In this document: positions 48,401 through 61,888 of the stretch, piece after piece | How positions within the stretch are numbered: the stretch's first letter is position 1 | Layout of the letters: every line of letters starts with the position of its first letter | NCBI GenBank assembly: GCA_020891255.1 | Contig: BQFW01000012.1 | Span: forward strand, 2,542,001-2,606,000 | Direction of reading: 5' to 3' | Length of the DNA: 64,000 nucleotides | Source of the DNA: Entomortierella parvispora E1425 | Lineage: Eukaryota > Fungi > Mortierellomycota | The notes under the pieces: model-generated | What the model saw: the letters and a program-made list of their open reading frames with translations, nothing else | Databases searched by the model: none | What the model was told of the DNA's origin: nothing | Made by a program: the position numbers and the translations under genes

Positions 48401-48552
48401 GCACGGCAATTGAAACCAATGTGAAATATACAAGTACAAGGGAATGATACTCATCACTCTCATCCTTGTTCTCTGTGTATTCAGACTACGATGTGGGCAT
48501 GGATATGTTCCATACAGCGACACTCCCACCACCCACAGGAATTCAGGTGTAA
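45451..48552 (+). CDS. CAC1: Chromatin assembly factor 1 large subunit (Cac1/Rlf2/p150), multi-exon
   Basis: K/E/R-rich coiled coil followed by LFQFVENYRPAYYG|TWSK...LIDYDVDSEAEWEEDEEGEECKSDDEDED and DDWLVPEGYLSEDEG. Confidence 0.9.
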
Positions 48553-48927
48553 GGGGGTGCTCCTATTGTACATTACAATAAACAGAAAGAGAGAAAAAAA
48601 AGGAAGACATCGCAGCCCTTGACGAGCAATGGCCACACGTTGCAGCAACGTGGTGGCGGTGGGAAGGGTCAAAAAAAAAAAGAAAAAAAAAAAAAAAAAA
48701 AAGACGGATCGAATATCACGTGGATCTGAGAAATGTGCAACAGTGCACAGTCCCAATCCAACGTCCCGTCCCTCCAAATTGCCATCCGCCCAAAGAGGCG
48801 AGTGGAGACTGAAAAAAAAGAAGAGATCATCCCCCAACACATTTGGTTCATCGCTCCTCTTCCTTCTTTCATCTCTTTCTCTTTCCTTCTTCCTCTTCAT
48901 CACTCTCTCATTCCCCGACTCTCCACA

Positions 48928-50737
48928 ATGACCGCCTCTGACAACACCAACCCTACCAACACCACCGTCTGGGACACCAAGACCCAGCAGTTCCACGGCG
49001 GACAGGACTGGAAGTTCCTCAACAACTTTGTCGAAGACTTCTCCGTCACCACCAACTGTCTCGGAACCCCCGTCAAGGCCATTGAGGCTGCTCGCGATGC
49101 TGTAAGGGCTTATTCCCCCGTCCTACCCTGTGCTGTTCTGGCCTGCCTTTTTTTTTGGTTTTTGACAGAGAATGAACTCTGACTCTCTATCGAATTATCT
49201 TTGCTTTCACCCAATGGACATAGGTTGCCACCTGCCACCACTACCCTCCTGCCAACCAGGAGCCCGCAAAGTCTTCTTTGGCCGAGTGGATCTGGCCCGA
49301 GCATTGGGAGGCCAACAAGGACCGTCTCTTGCTCGGAAACGGCGCCTCTGAGCTTATTGATCTTGTGATCCGATCTGCCCCCCAAGGCTCGTGGAAGGCT
49401 GGTCCTTGGGATGTTCAGGTAAAGACGAAAAAGGGAAAAGCAGGATAAAAAAATTGAAAAAAAGGTGCCCTTCTCCGTGTCCATGTGTCATTCCCACATC
49501 TCGCTTCTGCGCAGGAGGCCCTCACGCGCGAAAAAAGAGAGCCGGGATCTATATGGGACAGGCTGATCTGTGCCCCACCTTTTTTTTTCTTGTCCGCAAT
49601 GTGTGGAAGAGGGCAGAGAGAAAGAAGGGTGCTCGTGCTTTTTCGTTGCGCTGACTCGCTCGTGGGATGGGGAAGCAATTCCCTCGAGGCTATTTTTAAT
49701 GAGCCCTCTTTTTTTCAGTCTCAAAGCCTGATTTCACATTGAGGCAAAGGGCAGGTCTGCTCAAGCTTGCGATCCCTATCAGTCGCATCAGAGGAGCAAA
49801 CAAGATTAAACATTGGACTGACAACTCTATCTTGTTCTTTCTCTCTTCTTCCTCTTCTGCTGGACCCAATAGTACAAGGAGTACCAGCGATCTGCTGAGA
49901 CCAACGGTCGTGACATCCTCTCCCCCAAGGGCAACGACAAGGCCAACGTCGTCTGCATTGTCAACCCCTGCAACCCCACCGGAGATTACAAGTCGATCGA
50001 GGAGCTCAAGGACTGGATCTTGAACAACGTCCAGGATAACGGTGTCGTCGTCATCGGTAAGTCATCTCATGGAGAGGACCACGCGATTGTCTTTCAAGCT
50101 AAAAGGCATTTGTCCAGTCAAGAGAAGCTAACCGGGAGCCATTTCTGATTGAATCAAAACAACAATAACAGACGAGTCCATGCAGATCTGGGTTGGACCC
50201 AACTTCCGTGAGGACTCTATGACTGCCCAGACCGAGTTCTTGGAGAAGACCTTCAAGGAGCGCAACATCTCGATCTATGTCATTCACTCGTGGACAAAGA
50301 TTTGGTCCTGCACCGGTCTCCGTCTCGGATCCATTGTGTGCCCCACTGTCGCCCACTGCGTCGAGTTGAAGCGCATTCAGGTTCCTTGGAGCGTCAACAG
50401 CCCCGCTCTCGCTTTCTTGGACGAGGTTGTCCGTGACAAGGAGTACTTGGAGGAGACCTGGAGAGTTACCCCCATCTACCGTGCTCAGCTGATCAAGCGT
50501 CTCCAGGCCTTGGCCGGTGGTCGTGCCTGGGAGTACTTTGGAAAGTCGTACTTGAGCTGGGTCTGGGCTGATCTCAAGGATGTGGAGACTGCTGAGAAGG
50601 CCGTGGCTTTGGCCAAGCAGGCTGGTGTCCCCGTCCGCAGCGGAAAGCCCGGTTACGAGCGCCCCACCTTTGTCCGTATTGCTGTTCGTGAGCCCAAGCA
50701 GACGGATGTCCTCTTGGAGGCCTGGAAGGATCTGTAA
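48928..50737 (+). CDS. PLP-dependent aminotransferase class I/II, HisC/CobD-like, multi-exon
   Basis: HGG..DFSVTTNCLGTP, HHYPP, LLGNGASELID, VNPCNPTG, IDES, HSWTKIWSCTGLRLG (PLP Lys), VPWSVN, FVRIAVR. Confidence 0.85.
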
Positions 50738-51021
50738 AAAAAAAGAAAAGTCCTTTCTTTTTTCTCTATCCTACTCCACGTTTCGCAGCCAACAATACCA
50801 TACTCCTCCAAGTCTTTCCTTTCGCCTGACCCCCTGTAGATATATTATCCCATCTCGTTGTTTTTTTACCACTTTTCTTCACAATCAATAATCTCAATAG
50901 ACGAACCTAGAGATTCTGGTTCAATGACATTGATTTCCGTTAGGTGGCAGAGAGGGCGACTTTTTTTGGTACCGTTTTATTGTGTTTTTTTTTTTTTTTT
51001 TTTTTTTTCAATGGAAAAGCG

Positions 51022-52763
51022 TCAAAGTGCACCAAGATCCTTCATGTCATCGGTCAAGTACTTGCGGCAGGCATTGTACTCTTTATCAGAGCTCCAACCC
51101 TCAGCCTTGACTATTGTCATGACCAACTGGCCAGACTTGCAGCCCAATCGCACCAAGGCTCTTCCGAGGAACAGACGCAAGGCGCGACCAGGGGGAGTGA
51201 CTTTGGCGGAAGTCAAGGCCAATTTTCGGATGATGGGCTCCAGCTCCTCTTGACCTTTGTAACTCTGGCCGTCGAGATGGAAATAAATATTAGGGGACAA
51301 CTTGACGACGTTCGCGGCCATTGTCAGGGACTGGAGACCCAAATGTTTACAGATCTTGTTGAGTCGGGAGAGGTCCTGATCCCTATAGACAAACAAGTGT
51401 TGATCGCCCAACATGGACGAGTTGACCGATCCAGGCCAGATGGCAAAGAGTTCGATGCTCGAGATCTCAATCATAAGGGCCAGGGGCTCGATATCCGCTG
51501 TGGGTTTGTACAACAAATCTTGGAGATCGGACGATTGGATCAGATTCTGGTTGTGCAAAAGGATTTTTTCCTTGCTAACGTTGGCCGGCATTGATGATGA
51601 TGAGGAGGAGGAGGATGACGGTTGTTGTTGTAGTAGTAGTTGGTGATCCATTTTGATATCTTCCTCATCCTGGTGGCTTGATAAAGATTCACCCCGTTCT
51701 TTCCCCGACGATGACAAGTCTCTGTAATCGCGCCATCCTTTGACGAGGACATGGCGAACATTGATATTACAAAGGATCATGGTCACCTCCGCCTTGATCC
51801 TCTCCTCTGGTTTGGTGGGGAATCCACTGTAAATGTAATCGGTCCCCAAAGCCAGTTTCGAGGCCAGGTTGTTGAGTTTAAAGTACCGGGCCTCCTTCAA
51901 GAGGTTGTTGCGATGGACCTTGTCCCGGACATGGATATCGTACCCCTGTAAATGACTCAACACATCCTTGAACAACTCGGGACTCCGGCAGAAATACGTC
52001 GGTGTCAGGTTCCGGTCTGAAAAGGGCTCCAGAAGCGCAAAGAAGTTGGGCGAATCGTTCAAGATGGTTTCTCGTGCAATCTTGAAAATGGTGCCGCTCA
52101 CGTTCACGTACCTTGGATCATTACAAAAAAAAAAAAAAAAAAACAAAAAAAAGAAACAGAAAAATTAGAAAGTACAGCCAGTGAGGAAAGCATACTGGAG
52201 AGGGAGGGAGAACTGGGTTCTCTCCATCCCGCGACGAGTGGTTCCTGAAAGTCGGACGAGCAAAAAAAATAACAAGAGATGGGGTACATACAGGTGTTGA
52301 CGCAGGGTCTCAATCAGCCGCCTCAGCTTAAAAAAATGGGCGTCCAAGATCAGATTCTCTTGATGAACCTCATCCTTGGCGGCGACATAGTATCCTTGCA
52401 TGTGCTTGACAATGTCCCGAAACACTTCTGGATTCCTGTCAATGTACAAGAACCTCGTCCTTGATTCCTCGTATGCACTGTTAAAGAAGACTGAATGGAC
52501 CAAAAAAAAAAACAAAAAAATCTTACGCGTCAGGGTCCACCCACATAAAAAAAAAGACGCCTGTGCCCCTGAAATCTCAAGCCATTGCGCTGCAGTAGGA
52601 TTGGCAACATAAACATACTGTCGGTGAAAAAGTTGGGCGCGTCGTATTGAAGAGCTGAAGCTGTGATCGGAAAGTTCTGGCCCGAGACCACGATCGTATA
52701 GAAGGATCCAGGGTCGGAGGCGGTCAAAGGGGGGAGAGGATGTGGTGCTGGTGACATGGCCAT
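51022..52763 (-). CDS. Protein with two BTB/POZ (KCTD-like) domains, multi-exon
   Basis: Two repeats: IVVSGQNF..ALQYDAPNFFT..IDRNPEVFRDIVKHMQGY..DAHFFKL and VNVSGTIF..LNDSPNFF..RSPELFKDVLSHLQGY..EARYFKL. Confidence 0.85.
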
Positions 52764-55266
52764 GGTTGTATTCGTGGAGGCTCGACCCTTTCCTTGTTCT
52801 TTTCTAGTGTATGATTCTGTAGGTCGCGTTGTTTGGGACGCTTCAGGGGTATTGGGGTTGCTGATATACAGCAATTGGGTGGGTGGCGCGAGAACTTGGG
52901 TGAAAAGAGGTGACCTGGGCCGATGGATGAATTGCAGAATAGCAACTTCCCGAATCCTGGCTCTTCTAGATGCTGTTTGTTGATGGTAGTCCAAAGTGTC
53001 CTGATGTGCTAGTGAGCCTTGGATGTGAAAGGGTGTCCTGATGAGAGATGTTGCCTGGCATCCGTGTTGATGATGAAGACTTCGCGAGATGAGATAGCAT
53101 GCATCAAAAAAATAAAAAAAAAGAAAGCCCCCGCCACGTCCCACAAGAGTGGCTTGGACGAGATTTGTGTTCACCAATTTAGTAATTCGATTTTTTTTTT
53201 CTTTTTTTTTTTGACGCGTCTTCTTTTTCAGTCTAGAGCTCCAATGGAGCTGTCCAACTGCCCTCCCTTTCTGAAAAGGTCAATGACAGGCTCCTTGGTC
53301 ACCACAGACAGGCTAAACTATAGAAAATGATCTAAATCAAGAGTTGAAGCATGGTGTTCTCCCTGCAGAAGGGATCACATTGGGAGAATGAGCCACAAGA
53401 GTGGAAAAGAGCCAGAGCCAGAGCCAGAGCCACCAGTAAGGGTCTACATGTTGAAGATAAACACAAGAGTAGAGACAATCAACAACCTGGGTGACAAACA
53501 CGCGGATATTCCCGAACTCGGATTACGTCTATCATTTCTAGGGACCATCTGTCATTGCGGGCAAGTCAGCAGGCATCGTGGGATATCAAGGTCAAACATC
53601 CCCTGCCGTCATCGTAATTGCAATATTCATGTTTGTGGAGTAATCGTCATCATGGAAACGCCTCATTCTTATCAGAAACTGGGGCAATTGGGATCTGTGT
53701 GGGCTTACTGGCTATTATGAAACGATATGTCGTGCTTGGAGAGATTATTCTTTTAGACACACAGAACTTCTCAAGACAAGAGGGAGTCATCGCTCCTGAA
53801 TGGACTGAAGATGTTTGTCTGATATTTCCCAGGAGCTCCTACAACGTTACTGAACGATGAGAGGGAGGAAATAGACTACAGGACTTATTTTACAATTAAA
53901 ATGTGAAAAATGAAATGACGACGGTGATGTACGAAGTAAACCCAACGTTCTCGCATCCTCATCTTTGAAAGGGCACAGGTCAGGTTCAAGACCGGATGTA
54001 GATCTTTCTACACCCGGACCGTCAAGACCTTGCTCTATGTACGGAAGTGAATATTACTGGCTCGGAGCTCCACGATGATAGAGAATGATGCCCTGACCAT
54101 ACGAAACACGGTCCAAACGAGAGAAAACCAGGAAAACAAAAAGCTGTCAAAGATGAGAAACAAAGGGATGAAGATTGAAGTTCTTTTTTTTTTTTTTTCT
54201 AATTTTGCATTCAGGTCTGTGTCACCGTGGAGAATCTGTGTGTGGAGGAGGAAAGAAGCGGGGGAGGAGTTGGAAAAAAAAGTCTATGTAGAAGGCCAGT
54301 TCATGCTCAGTCCAACTGGTAGGCAAGAGAGACCCTGGGGGGAAGGATAGATGTTGCACACACAGACAGCAGGACAGGGCCAAGGCTGGCAGAAATGACA
54401 CCGGGTAGGAGCAAGTACCCGGACTGAAACTTCTGTGCGTTCTCAAGTTTTACGCCCTGGGAACATGGTCGCGGGCCTGAGATTGAACTTGGATAGTCAT
54501 CAGTACAGTAGTACTGTGCCTGTACCAGTTTTGCAGTGGTCATTGCTGCTCAGCGACAGCAGCAAGTTTGTTCCATGTTTCTAGCCTTATCGTATCCTTC
54601 CATGGTCTGCATCAGCGTGTCCGGACAGAGTGGATGTCCAGCAAAGGGTTTGGCGGAGCAGTTGAATGGCCACAGGACAGGAGTACACGTGTGTAGTTGC
54701 CATGGTACTGTCTTGGGGGTATAAGAACAGACACATCCTCGGAGTGATGGACCACGACCATCCAGACACGAAGAAAAGAAAAGGAAAAAAAAAAGAAAGA
54801 AAAAAAAAAAAGCGCAGACCCTTTCTTTCTAATTTTTTAAACAAAAAATAATTTTTTTTTCATATCTCCCACCAGTCCAGCACACCCACACCCACACCCA
54901 CACCCCCTGCTCTCTGTGCTCTCTCTCTCTTCAGCCTCGTCTCTCTCTCTTTGTCTTTGTGCTCTCTTCACTCCACTCCACCGACACAGGCATAGACACT
55001 GACACACCACTCCTCCATCCATCCATCCATCCATCCATCCATCCATCCCCTTCTCCCCTTCTCCCGTCTACTTTTCTTCATTCTTCATTCTTCATTCCAC
55101 TCCCCTTCACCCCTTCCTCTCCTTCGCCCTCTATCTCTCTTCTCTTGGCCACTGCCAGCCTCTGCCTTGCCCCCCTTGCTGCCGTTGCAACGAATAGAGA
55201 ATTGATTCTCCCTGGCCTGTCAGGGCTCATTTCCATTCAGTTTCTCCACCCTTCCTCCTCTCCATA

Positions 55267-58200
55267 ATGACCAAGCAGCGGGCTGCCCTGGCCCAGCCGC
55301 ACCACGGCCAGAGAGACCAACGGAGTGCCTCCGAGTCTGGCGCCGACAATGAGAACGATCAGGACAACGACCACGACATGGACGCCGACCAGGAGGACCA
55401 TGACGACCAAGACGGTCAAGCCAACGGCACTGCCGAGACGCGGATAAAGCGCCGGCGGCTGACCCAAGCCTGCGATGTCTGCCGTAAAAAGAAGATCAAG
55501 TGCGGTAAGTCCTGAAGTCCAGTTTTGATTGCGGCAAGGCGGCCAAACAGCCCTTGAGGCCCAGCGGACAAGCACAAAAAACCACGAGCAAATTTTTTGA
55601 TGATGCTGCTGTTTGTATCTCATCTGACAATTTTCCCCTTTGTTCCTTCCGTTGTTTTTTCCTCTTCTATTGAACTCTCGATTACTCAGATGGGTTAAAG
55701 CCGACCTGTGCCAACTGCGCAAAGGTAGATGCCAACTGCACCTATTTGCCATCGATGAAAAAGAGGGGTCCTCGGCAGGGATATATTGAATTGCTTGAAA
55801 AGCGATTGGACAAGATGGAGCAGATGCTGCATCAAGGCCCTGCCGCCGGTCTTGATCCGCCAGAGCCACTCGACCGCCGATCCGTCCTCGGGGCAGGTGA
55901 AGCAGACACGGCAGATGCACCAAAGACAGGTGTTCGTGGAAAGGAACAGATCGAGAGTCGATACTTTGGAAACACGTCCGTCTTTGGCCATTATTCAGCC
56001 AAGGACCGTCCTCCCTTCTATGCCGACAAGTGCAAACCTCCGTTTCCGGAATCAAACATTTCCATGATCAATTCCAGGAACCCTCTTTACGGCATCAAAG
56101 ACGAAGTCCCGCGGAAGGACATCCTGGACCACCTCATTCAGTTGTTCTTTGATTCAGTATACTACCAGTTTCCCATCATCCACCCGGCAACATTCATGGA
56201 GCAGTACAAGGAAGGCAAAGTCTCGCCCAACCTTCTCAATGCCATTTGCGCCGGCGTGGCTCGTTTCTCGGACCATCCAGACGTTGTCACCACTCCAGCA
56301 TTCTTGGCAGGAGAGCCTTTTGCGACCAATGTTCGGGCCTGTGTGGTCGACTCGATTGATATACCCACAGTGTCGAATGTTCAGGCACTGCTATTCCTTG
56401 CCATGTACGAGTATGGTGCTGCACGCGGACCGCGTGCTTGGATGTTTGGGGGTATGGCGATTCGAATGGCTCAAGAGCTTGGTCTCAATCGCGAGGACAG
56501 TAGCCCCGTCTTTTACCTCCAGGGCGATTGGGTGATGCGAGAGACAAGGAGGAGGACGTTCTGGGCTTGCTTTATCATGGATGTCTTGGCGTCTTCTTCA
56601 TCAGGTCGACCAAGGATGATTGACGAGCGCGACTGTGAGGTGTTGCTACCAAGTGAGGACAATGCGTGGCACGAGGCGCGACCTGTGGTGACAGAAATGC
56701 TGGATGATGAGCACGACGAACAGCCTCAGGAAGCGAGAAGCCCAGTGGATCCTCTTCACGCGAACGTCCAGAAACCTACTGCAGAACCAGTCTCAGCCGT
56801 TCCAATCGACAAGGAGACGCCACAGCAAAATGCCAATCCGAAAACGCCTTCAAAGAGTCACAGCCTCAGCTCCTTTGCATATTTGATCCGCATCCTCGCT
56901 ATCCTCGGAAAAGTGTCACAGTATGTCAACAGACCTCGAAACAAAAAGTCGGTCCCACCCAACGAGCCTGGATCAGAGTTTTCCATCATCGACGCGGCCC
57001 TGTCTGCTTGGATGAACTCCATCCCATCGAACCTGACCTACTCTGTGGCGAATGCCGATATGCTCAAGGACAAGGCTGAGGGCTGCATTGTTGTTTTCAT
57101 GCATGTCCTCTATCATACCTCGGTCGTTCTGCTTCACCGACCTATCCTTGCGGCGGACAAGGCGTCATTCCCTTTGGAATCACATTTTGTAGAGACGTCT
57201 GTTGCTCGCTGTTCTGAGGCAGCAAGCAAAGTCTCTGAGGTCCTTGACTTTGTCAGCACACAGAGCTGTCCTCCTCGAGTGTTCATCTCTTCATTTTTCG
57301 CCTACCCTGTTTTTACAACTGCCACTATGTAAGCCGCATGCCTCGGGAAATGACCGTTATTTTGTCCTACTTTGATTGTCAAATTTGCTAACTTTTTTTT
57401 TCTTTTATATATTCTAGTCACATTACCAACGCGTTTGCATCGGATGCCTCGGTTGCTGCTCGAGCTAGGAGGAATCTTAGCACCCATGTCAAGATTCTTC
57501 AAACCATGAAGTCCTATTGGGCCATGGCGGATAAATTCTTCTACATCATTCGGGATCTCTACTCGATCCAGTCCAAGATCAGCTCTTCGGCTGCCAGCGG
57601 TGGCATCATTGTTCCCCAGGTGGTGTCCCACAACCCTCATGGGTGTAGTCGCGATCATGCAGCGGACAACGCCGTTCAATCCCTTAAAGCTTCGTCCGAA
57701 AAACGTGAGAAGACTGGTGACGCAGGAGCGTTGGGCGCCCAAACAGGCCATGGACTTGATGGAAATGAGTCTGCCCCTCGTATGGTAGTCAATGGCAAAT
57801 TGGCCTCGATTAGTTCGTTCCTCAAGAGCGATTCTGGTCTGATTGCACTTTGGCGGCGTGCGACCGAGATGCAGGTGATTGATGAAGCCAATCAGGAGAA
57901 ACGGAGAGTCTCTGCAGCCGACGCCCAAAAGTCTCATTCCCTGAAGGTGGAAGAAGTCGGAGCAAAGGAGCAGGACATGGACGAAAAGGAATTGGAAGAG
58001 TACCGCGTTCGCATGAACCAGCTCGAAATTCAAGAGATCAACCAAGAGTTTGAGCGTCAATGGAAAGCAAAGTTGGAACAAGATGCAAAGAACGCTACTT
58101 CTGAGAGCACTGCCTCTGTGTCCAATCCGTCCAGGATTACCGAACTTTCACAAGCAGTTGAAACAGAAACAAGCGAGAAGAATGGCGAGTCGGAAGCTCT

Positions 58201-59686
58201 GAGGCAACAATCTTTGCAACAGGAAAAGCGCCAGAAGGAGGGAGAGACATCAGGAAACCCCAGAGCTGTGAAGCAAGCCAGAGTCGCAAAACCTGCGAAT
58301 GCACCTGCTCGGGCGAACAACAGCCGGAAGACGCGAGCTTACTCTACATCCAACCACCCTCAGCTGGATGCCGCAACCTCTGAAGCGAATCTGTCTTCAT
58401 CCTGGTCTGCTGGACAACCAAACTTCTCGTCAAGTCAGCCACTATACCAACCCGGTGGAGTAGCATCTTCCCTCCAACAAGGAGGTCCCATGCAAGGACA
58501 GGACACCATGGCCTCCTTGTCGTTTGGCGATTCTGTTGGAGCACAGGGAGCCGGCGACGTTAATCAGCATCTTATGAGCATCTATGCTCAGCAGCATCGG
58601 GATCAAGAGTCGATTTCCCAGTCGATTGATATGGCTCAGAATGCCAATATTCAGCGTCAGCAGCAGCAACTTCAACGACAACAGCAACAAGCTCAAATGT
58701 CGTCGTCTCTTGCCTTTGGTCCTGTTGGAGGATTCTCGTCTGGATTCATGCCTCAGGGATCGGCTCCAGTTCAATCCAACAGCTCTTTCCCGCAATTCCA
58801 GCAACAGTCTCAGCAGTCGTCGTCCTTTTCTGGTCCTGGATTTGGACCGCCTTTGGTCTACGGCAGCAGCTACAGCCAGACCCAAGACCCGAGAATCCAA
58901 GCGGAGCCTCTCAATTCCATTTTTGATTTTGCCATGCCTCTCGGTGATCTCAACTTCCTGTCGAGCTCTTTCCAAATGACGCCAATGATGATGCAAGAGA
59001 GTCAGCGATACAATGGACAAGGAACTGGCCAGGCTCAGCCTACCTCTACAAACCAGCAGCAGCAGCAACCCATGGGATCTGGACCATCGCCTATGTCCAA
59101 CCACTTGTCACCCACCCCCTCCTCACTTCATGGTATGCCAGGATCTCTTGCTTCCGAATCAGGCTCATCTCAGTCACCAGCAAGCCCTGCCACCTCCATT
59201 GGCTCGACCAACCTGCTCATGACAGGGATGGAAAATGGAGGCAATACTGGAAGAGGTCGAGCATCGTCCAACTCAAAGAGTCCGCCTTCAACCAACAATA
59301 TCTCGCCTGGTCTGCATTCATTCATGATGTCGGATGAGGCTTTTGCAGACATGCAGTCCACTCCGGATTCGCTTGTCCGCTACCTCCAGCACCATCATCA
59401 ACAACAGCAGCGACAGCACCAACAGCAACAGCTCGACATGCAACCGCTCCTGAATCAGCAAAACTCGCTCATTTACGATGATTATATGCAGTGGATGCCT
59501 GGCACCGGTGCGGGTTCTCAAGCCCCCTTGTCGTTCTCTCCCCAAGCGCAATCGCAACCTCAACAGCAGCAGCAGCAGCATGGGGTGGCACAGACAGCTG
59601 GAGCCATGTCCTCGATGGGCATGGATTTGGATCCATCAAACTCTTCACACCTGCGAATGCAGTCGACCATCCCTTCCTTCTCGTAG
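55267..59686 (+). CDS. Zn(II)2Cys6 transcription factor with fungal-specific TF domain and Q-rich C-terminus
   Basis: ACDVCRKKKIKC|DGLKPTCANC...CTY (intron 55505-55689), KKRGP; FPIIHPATF, GMAIRMAQELGLNRE, RRRTFWACF. Confidence 0.92.
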
Positions 59687-59901
59687 TGCACCCCAGACCT
59701 CTTTTTGAGGTCACTCTTCATGATCCCTTCTTGTACCATAGCGATGTAGTTTATCAAGTAAAAAAAAGATTGTCTCCCAAAAAAGGAACCGATCTGCAAA
59801 TCACCGAATCCAACGGCCAAGCACTTGCTGTACCGTATGACCAAGAGCAAGCATGAATGCATGCGCTCATCTCTTTACCACTTATACCATCCCCATTCAA
59901 C

Positions 59902-61520
59902 ATGCTGCCATCCTTGGCAAAAATACCCATAAGGAAGACTGTGGCGGCCACGCTGACCACTTTTCCCTCGCTCCTTCAGACTCCATTGACCTCTCATGTC
60001 ATTTCAAGACGGAATCTCAGTCACGCGTCCAACGGAGCTGTATCTGACAAGGTCGACTATGAAGTCGACCATCTAGTCATTGGTGCAGGAGTAGTTGGAT
60101 TGGCCATCGCAGAAAGACTGGCGAGTCGCGGGTCAGGATCTGTATTGCTTGTAGAAAAGAACGAGGCGGCTGGACAAGAGACGAGGTACATGCATGGCCA
60201 ATGACTCATTTTAGATTTTTCCGATATTTTGAGCATTTTGAGCTGACCCCACAAAAAAAAAAACTCCCCCTCACCATGCCTTCAGTTCCAGGAACAGCGA
60301 AGTCATCCATGCAGGCCTCTACTACCCTCCAGACTCGCTCAAAACCAAACTGTGCATCCGAGGCAACGAGCTCATGTACGACCTTTGTGAAAAGTATGGG
60401 ATTGAGCACAAACGCACTACAAAATGGGTCGTGGCCCAGACCGAGAACGATCTCGAGTACCTCGAGGGACTGTCCAAGAAGGCGCATAAACTTTTGTTGC
60501 CCACGGCTCGGATGCCAGGACCCCCCACGTCCATGTTGACCCAGAAACAAATGCTGGCTGAGGAGCCTTTGGTGAAGGGGATTGCGGCCCTCCTGTCGGA
60601 ACGAACTGGAATCGTGGACGTGCACGGACTGATGCAATTCCTGGAGATGAGGATTCAGGATCAGGGAGGAGATGTTGCCCTTCAATGCGAGGTCACGGGC
60701 ATTCACAGGGAGCGTCCACAGGCGGTAGGAGAGGATATGAAAGAGTCCCTGGGCGGCGGCGGTGGGTTCAGAGTGGATATGATGACGCCAGCAGGCCCTG
60801 CTACGGTCAAGGCAGCAACGGTGATCAACAGCGCAGGACTCTATGCGGACAAAATCTATGGACTGTTGCCAACGTCAAGCCCTAGTGGGAAGGTCCCTTC
60901 GTCAGAGAAGGTTGACGTCCTGGATCAGGAGCCACTGCCACCACATCGGCTATACTATTGCAAAGGCCATTACTATGGATATTCAGGACCAGCATTGGTG
61001 TCACGACTGATTTACCCTGTCCCGGACAAGAACTTGGCTGGTCTTGGGACACATTTGACTCTGGATCTGGCGGGCAGGATGCGCTTTGGACCGGACGTGC
61101 TGTACACTGATCGACCAGACGACTACTCGATTGATATGGACACGGTTGGCTCGCCTTCTTCTTTGGAGAAGGTATCAAAGGTCATCCAGACGTACTTGCC
61201 CTCGATCAATCCTTCCTCCATCTATGTTGACTATGCAGGAATCAGGTATGAATGGACCAGAGGTTGCCGTCTGAGCTGTGGAGGGGACACCATCCGTTCT
61301 TTTTCGTGGTGATTAACACCTTTTTTTTTCTTTTATGATTGGGGCTGACTTTTGCAGACCCAAGTTAGCTGGCCCAGGGGAGCCTTTCCGAGATTTCATG
61401 ATTCGTCATCACCAGGGCTTTGTCCACCTGGCAGGAATCGAAAGCCCAGGTCTGACTTCGTCTTTGGCCATCGCTGAATACGTCGAGGACCTTCTGTTCA
61501 AACGAGACACATATGTGTAG
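59902..61520 (+). CDS. Mitochondrial FAD-dependent oxidoreductase, L-2-hydroxyglutarate dehydrogenase-like
   Basis: Presequence-like N-terminus, [90 protein letters not shown]. Confidence 0.88.
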
Positions 61521-61552
61521 ATTCAACAAAATGAAAATGGACCCCTTAAGAA

Positions 61553-61777
61553 ACGCGTCGCGAGGTGGTGGCTTTGCTCCCCTTTCAGGCCCCCCTCTGG
61601 CCCCTGCCTTTGGTCTTCGTTTGACCGCACACATTCATGCATGCATGTCGCTCCCCTCCTTCCTTCCTTTATCTTCTACATCTGCAGCCTTGCTTCTTCA
61701 CTTGTCATTCGCCTGCAGCTTCCATTCCCTCGCCCTCATCACTCCATCCTTCCTAGCGACCATCCACATTGACGCGT
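61553..61777 (+). promoter_or_regulatory. Two MluI cell-cycle boxes (ACGCGT) upstream of the 61889 gene
   Basis: ACGCGT at 61553-61558 and 61772-61777. Confidence 0.45.
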
Positions 61778-61888
61778 CGTCTGTTTTTTTTTTTTCTTTG
61801 ATTTGTTTATTTTTGCGTTATCCCCTTCCCCCATTCCACATTCATCCACGCCCAATTACCCGCTGCTGCGTTTCCATACGTCGTGGTC

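Noticed and set aside
7262-52763. Functional ubiquitin cluster (HECT E3 + F-box array + BTB protein)
   Set aside because: UFD4 and the BTB gene are ordinary conserved genes separated by unrelated loci; co-location is plausibly chance
53388-54724. Short ORFs and a (GAGCCA)n repeat in the long intergenic region
   Set aside because: No recognisable domain or coherent splice structure; likely non-coding
54880-55050. (CACACC)n and (CCAT)n microsatellites upstream of the Zn2Cys6 gene, plus poly-A/T runs throughout
   Set aside because: Common simple repeats with no spacer structure; not CRISPR-like
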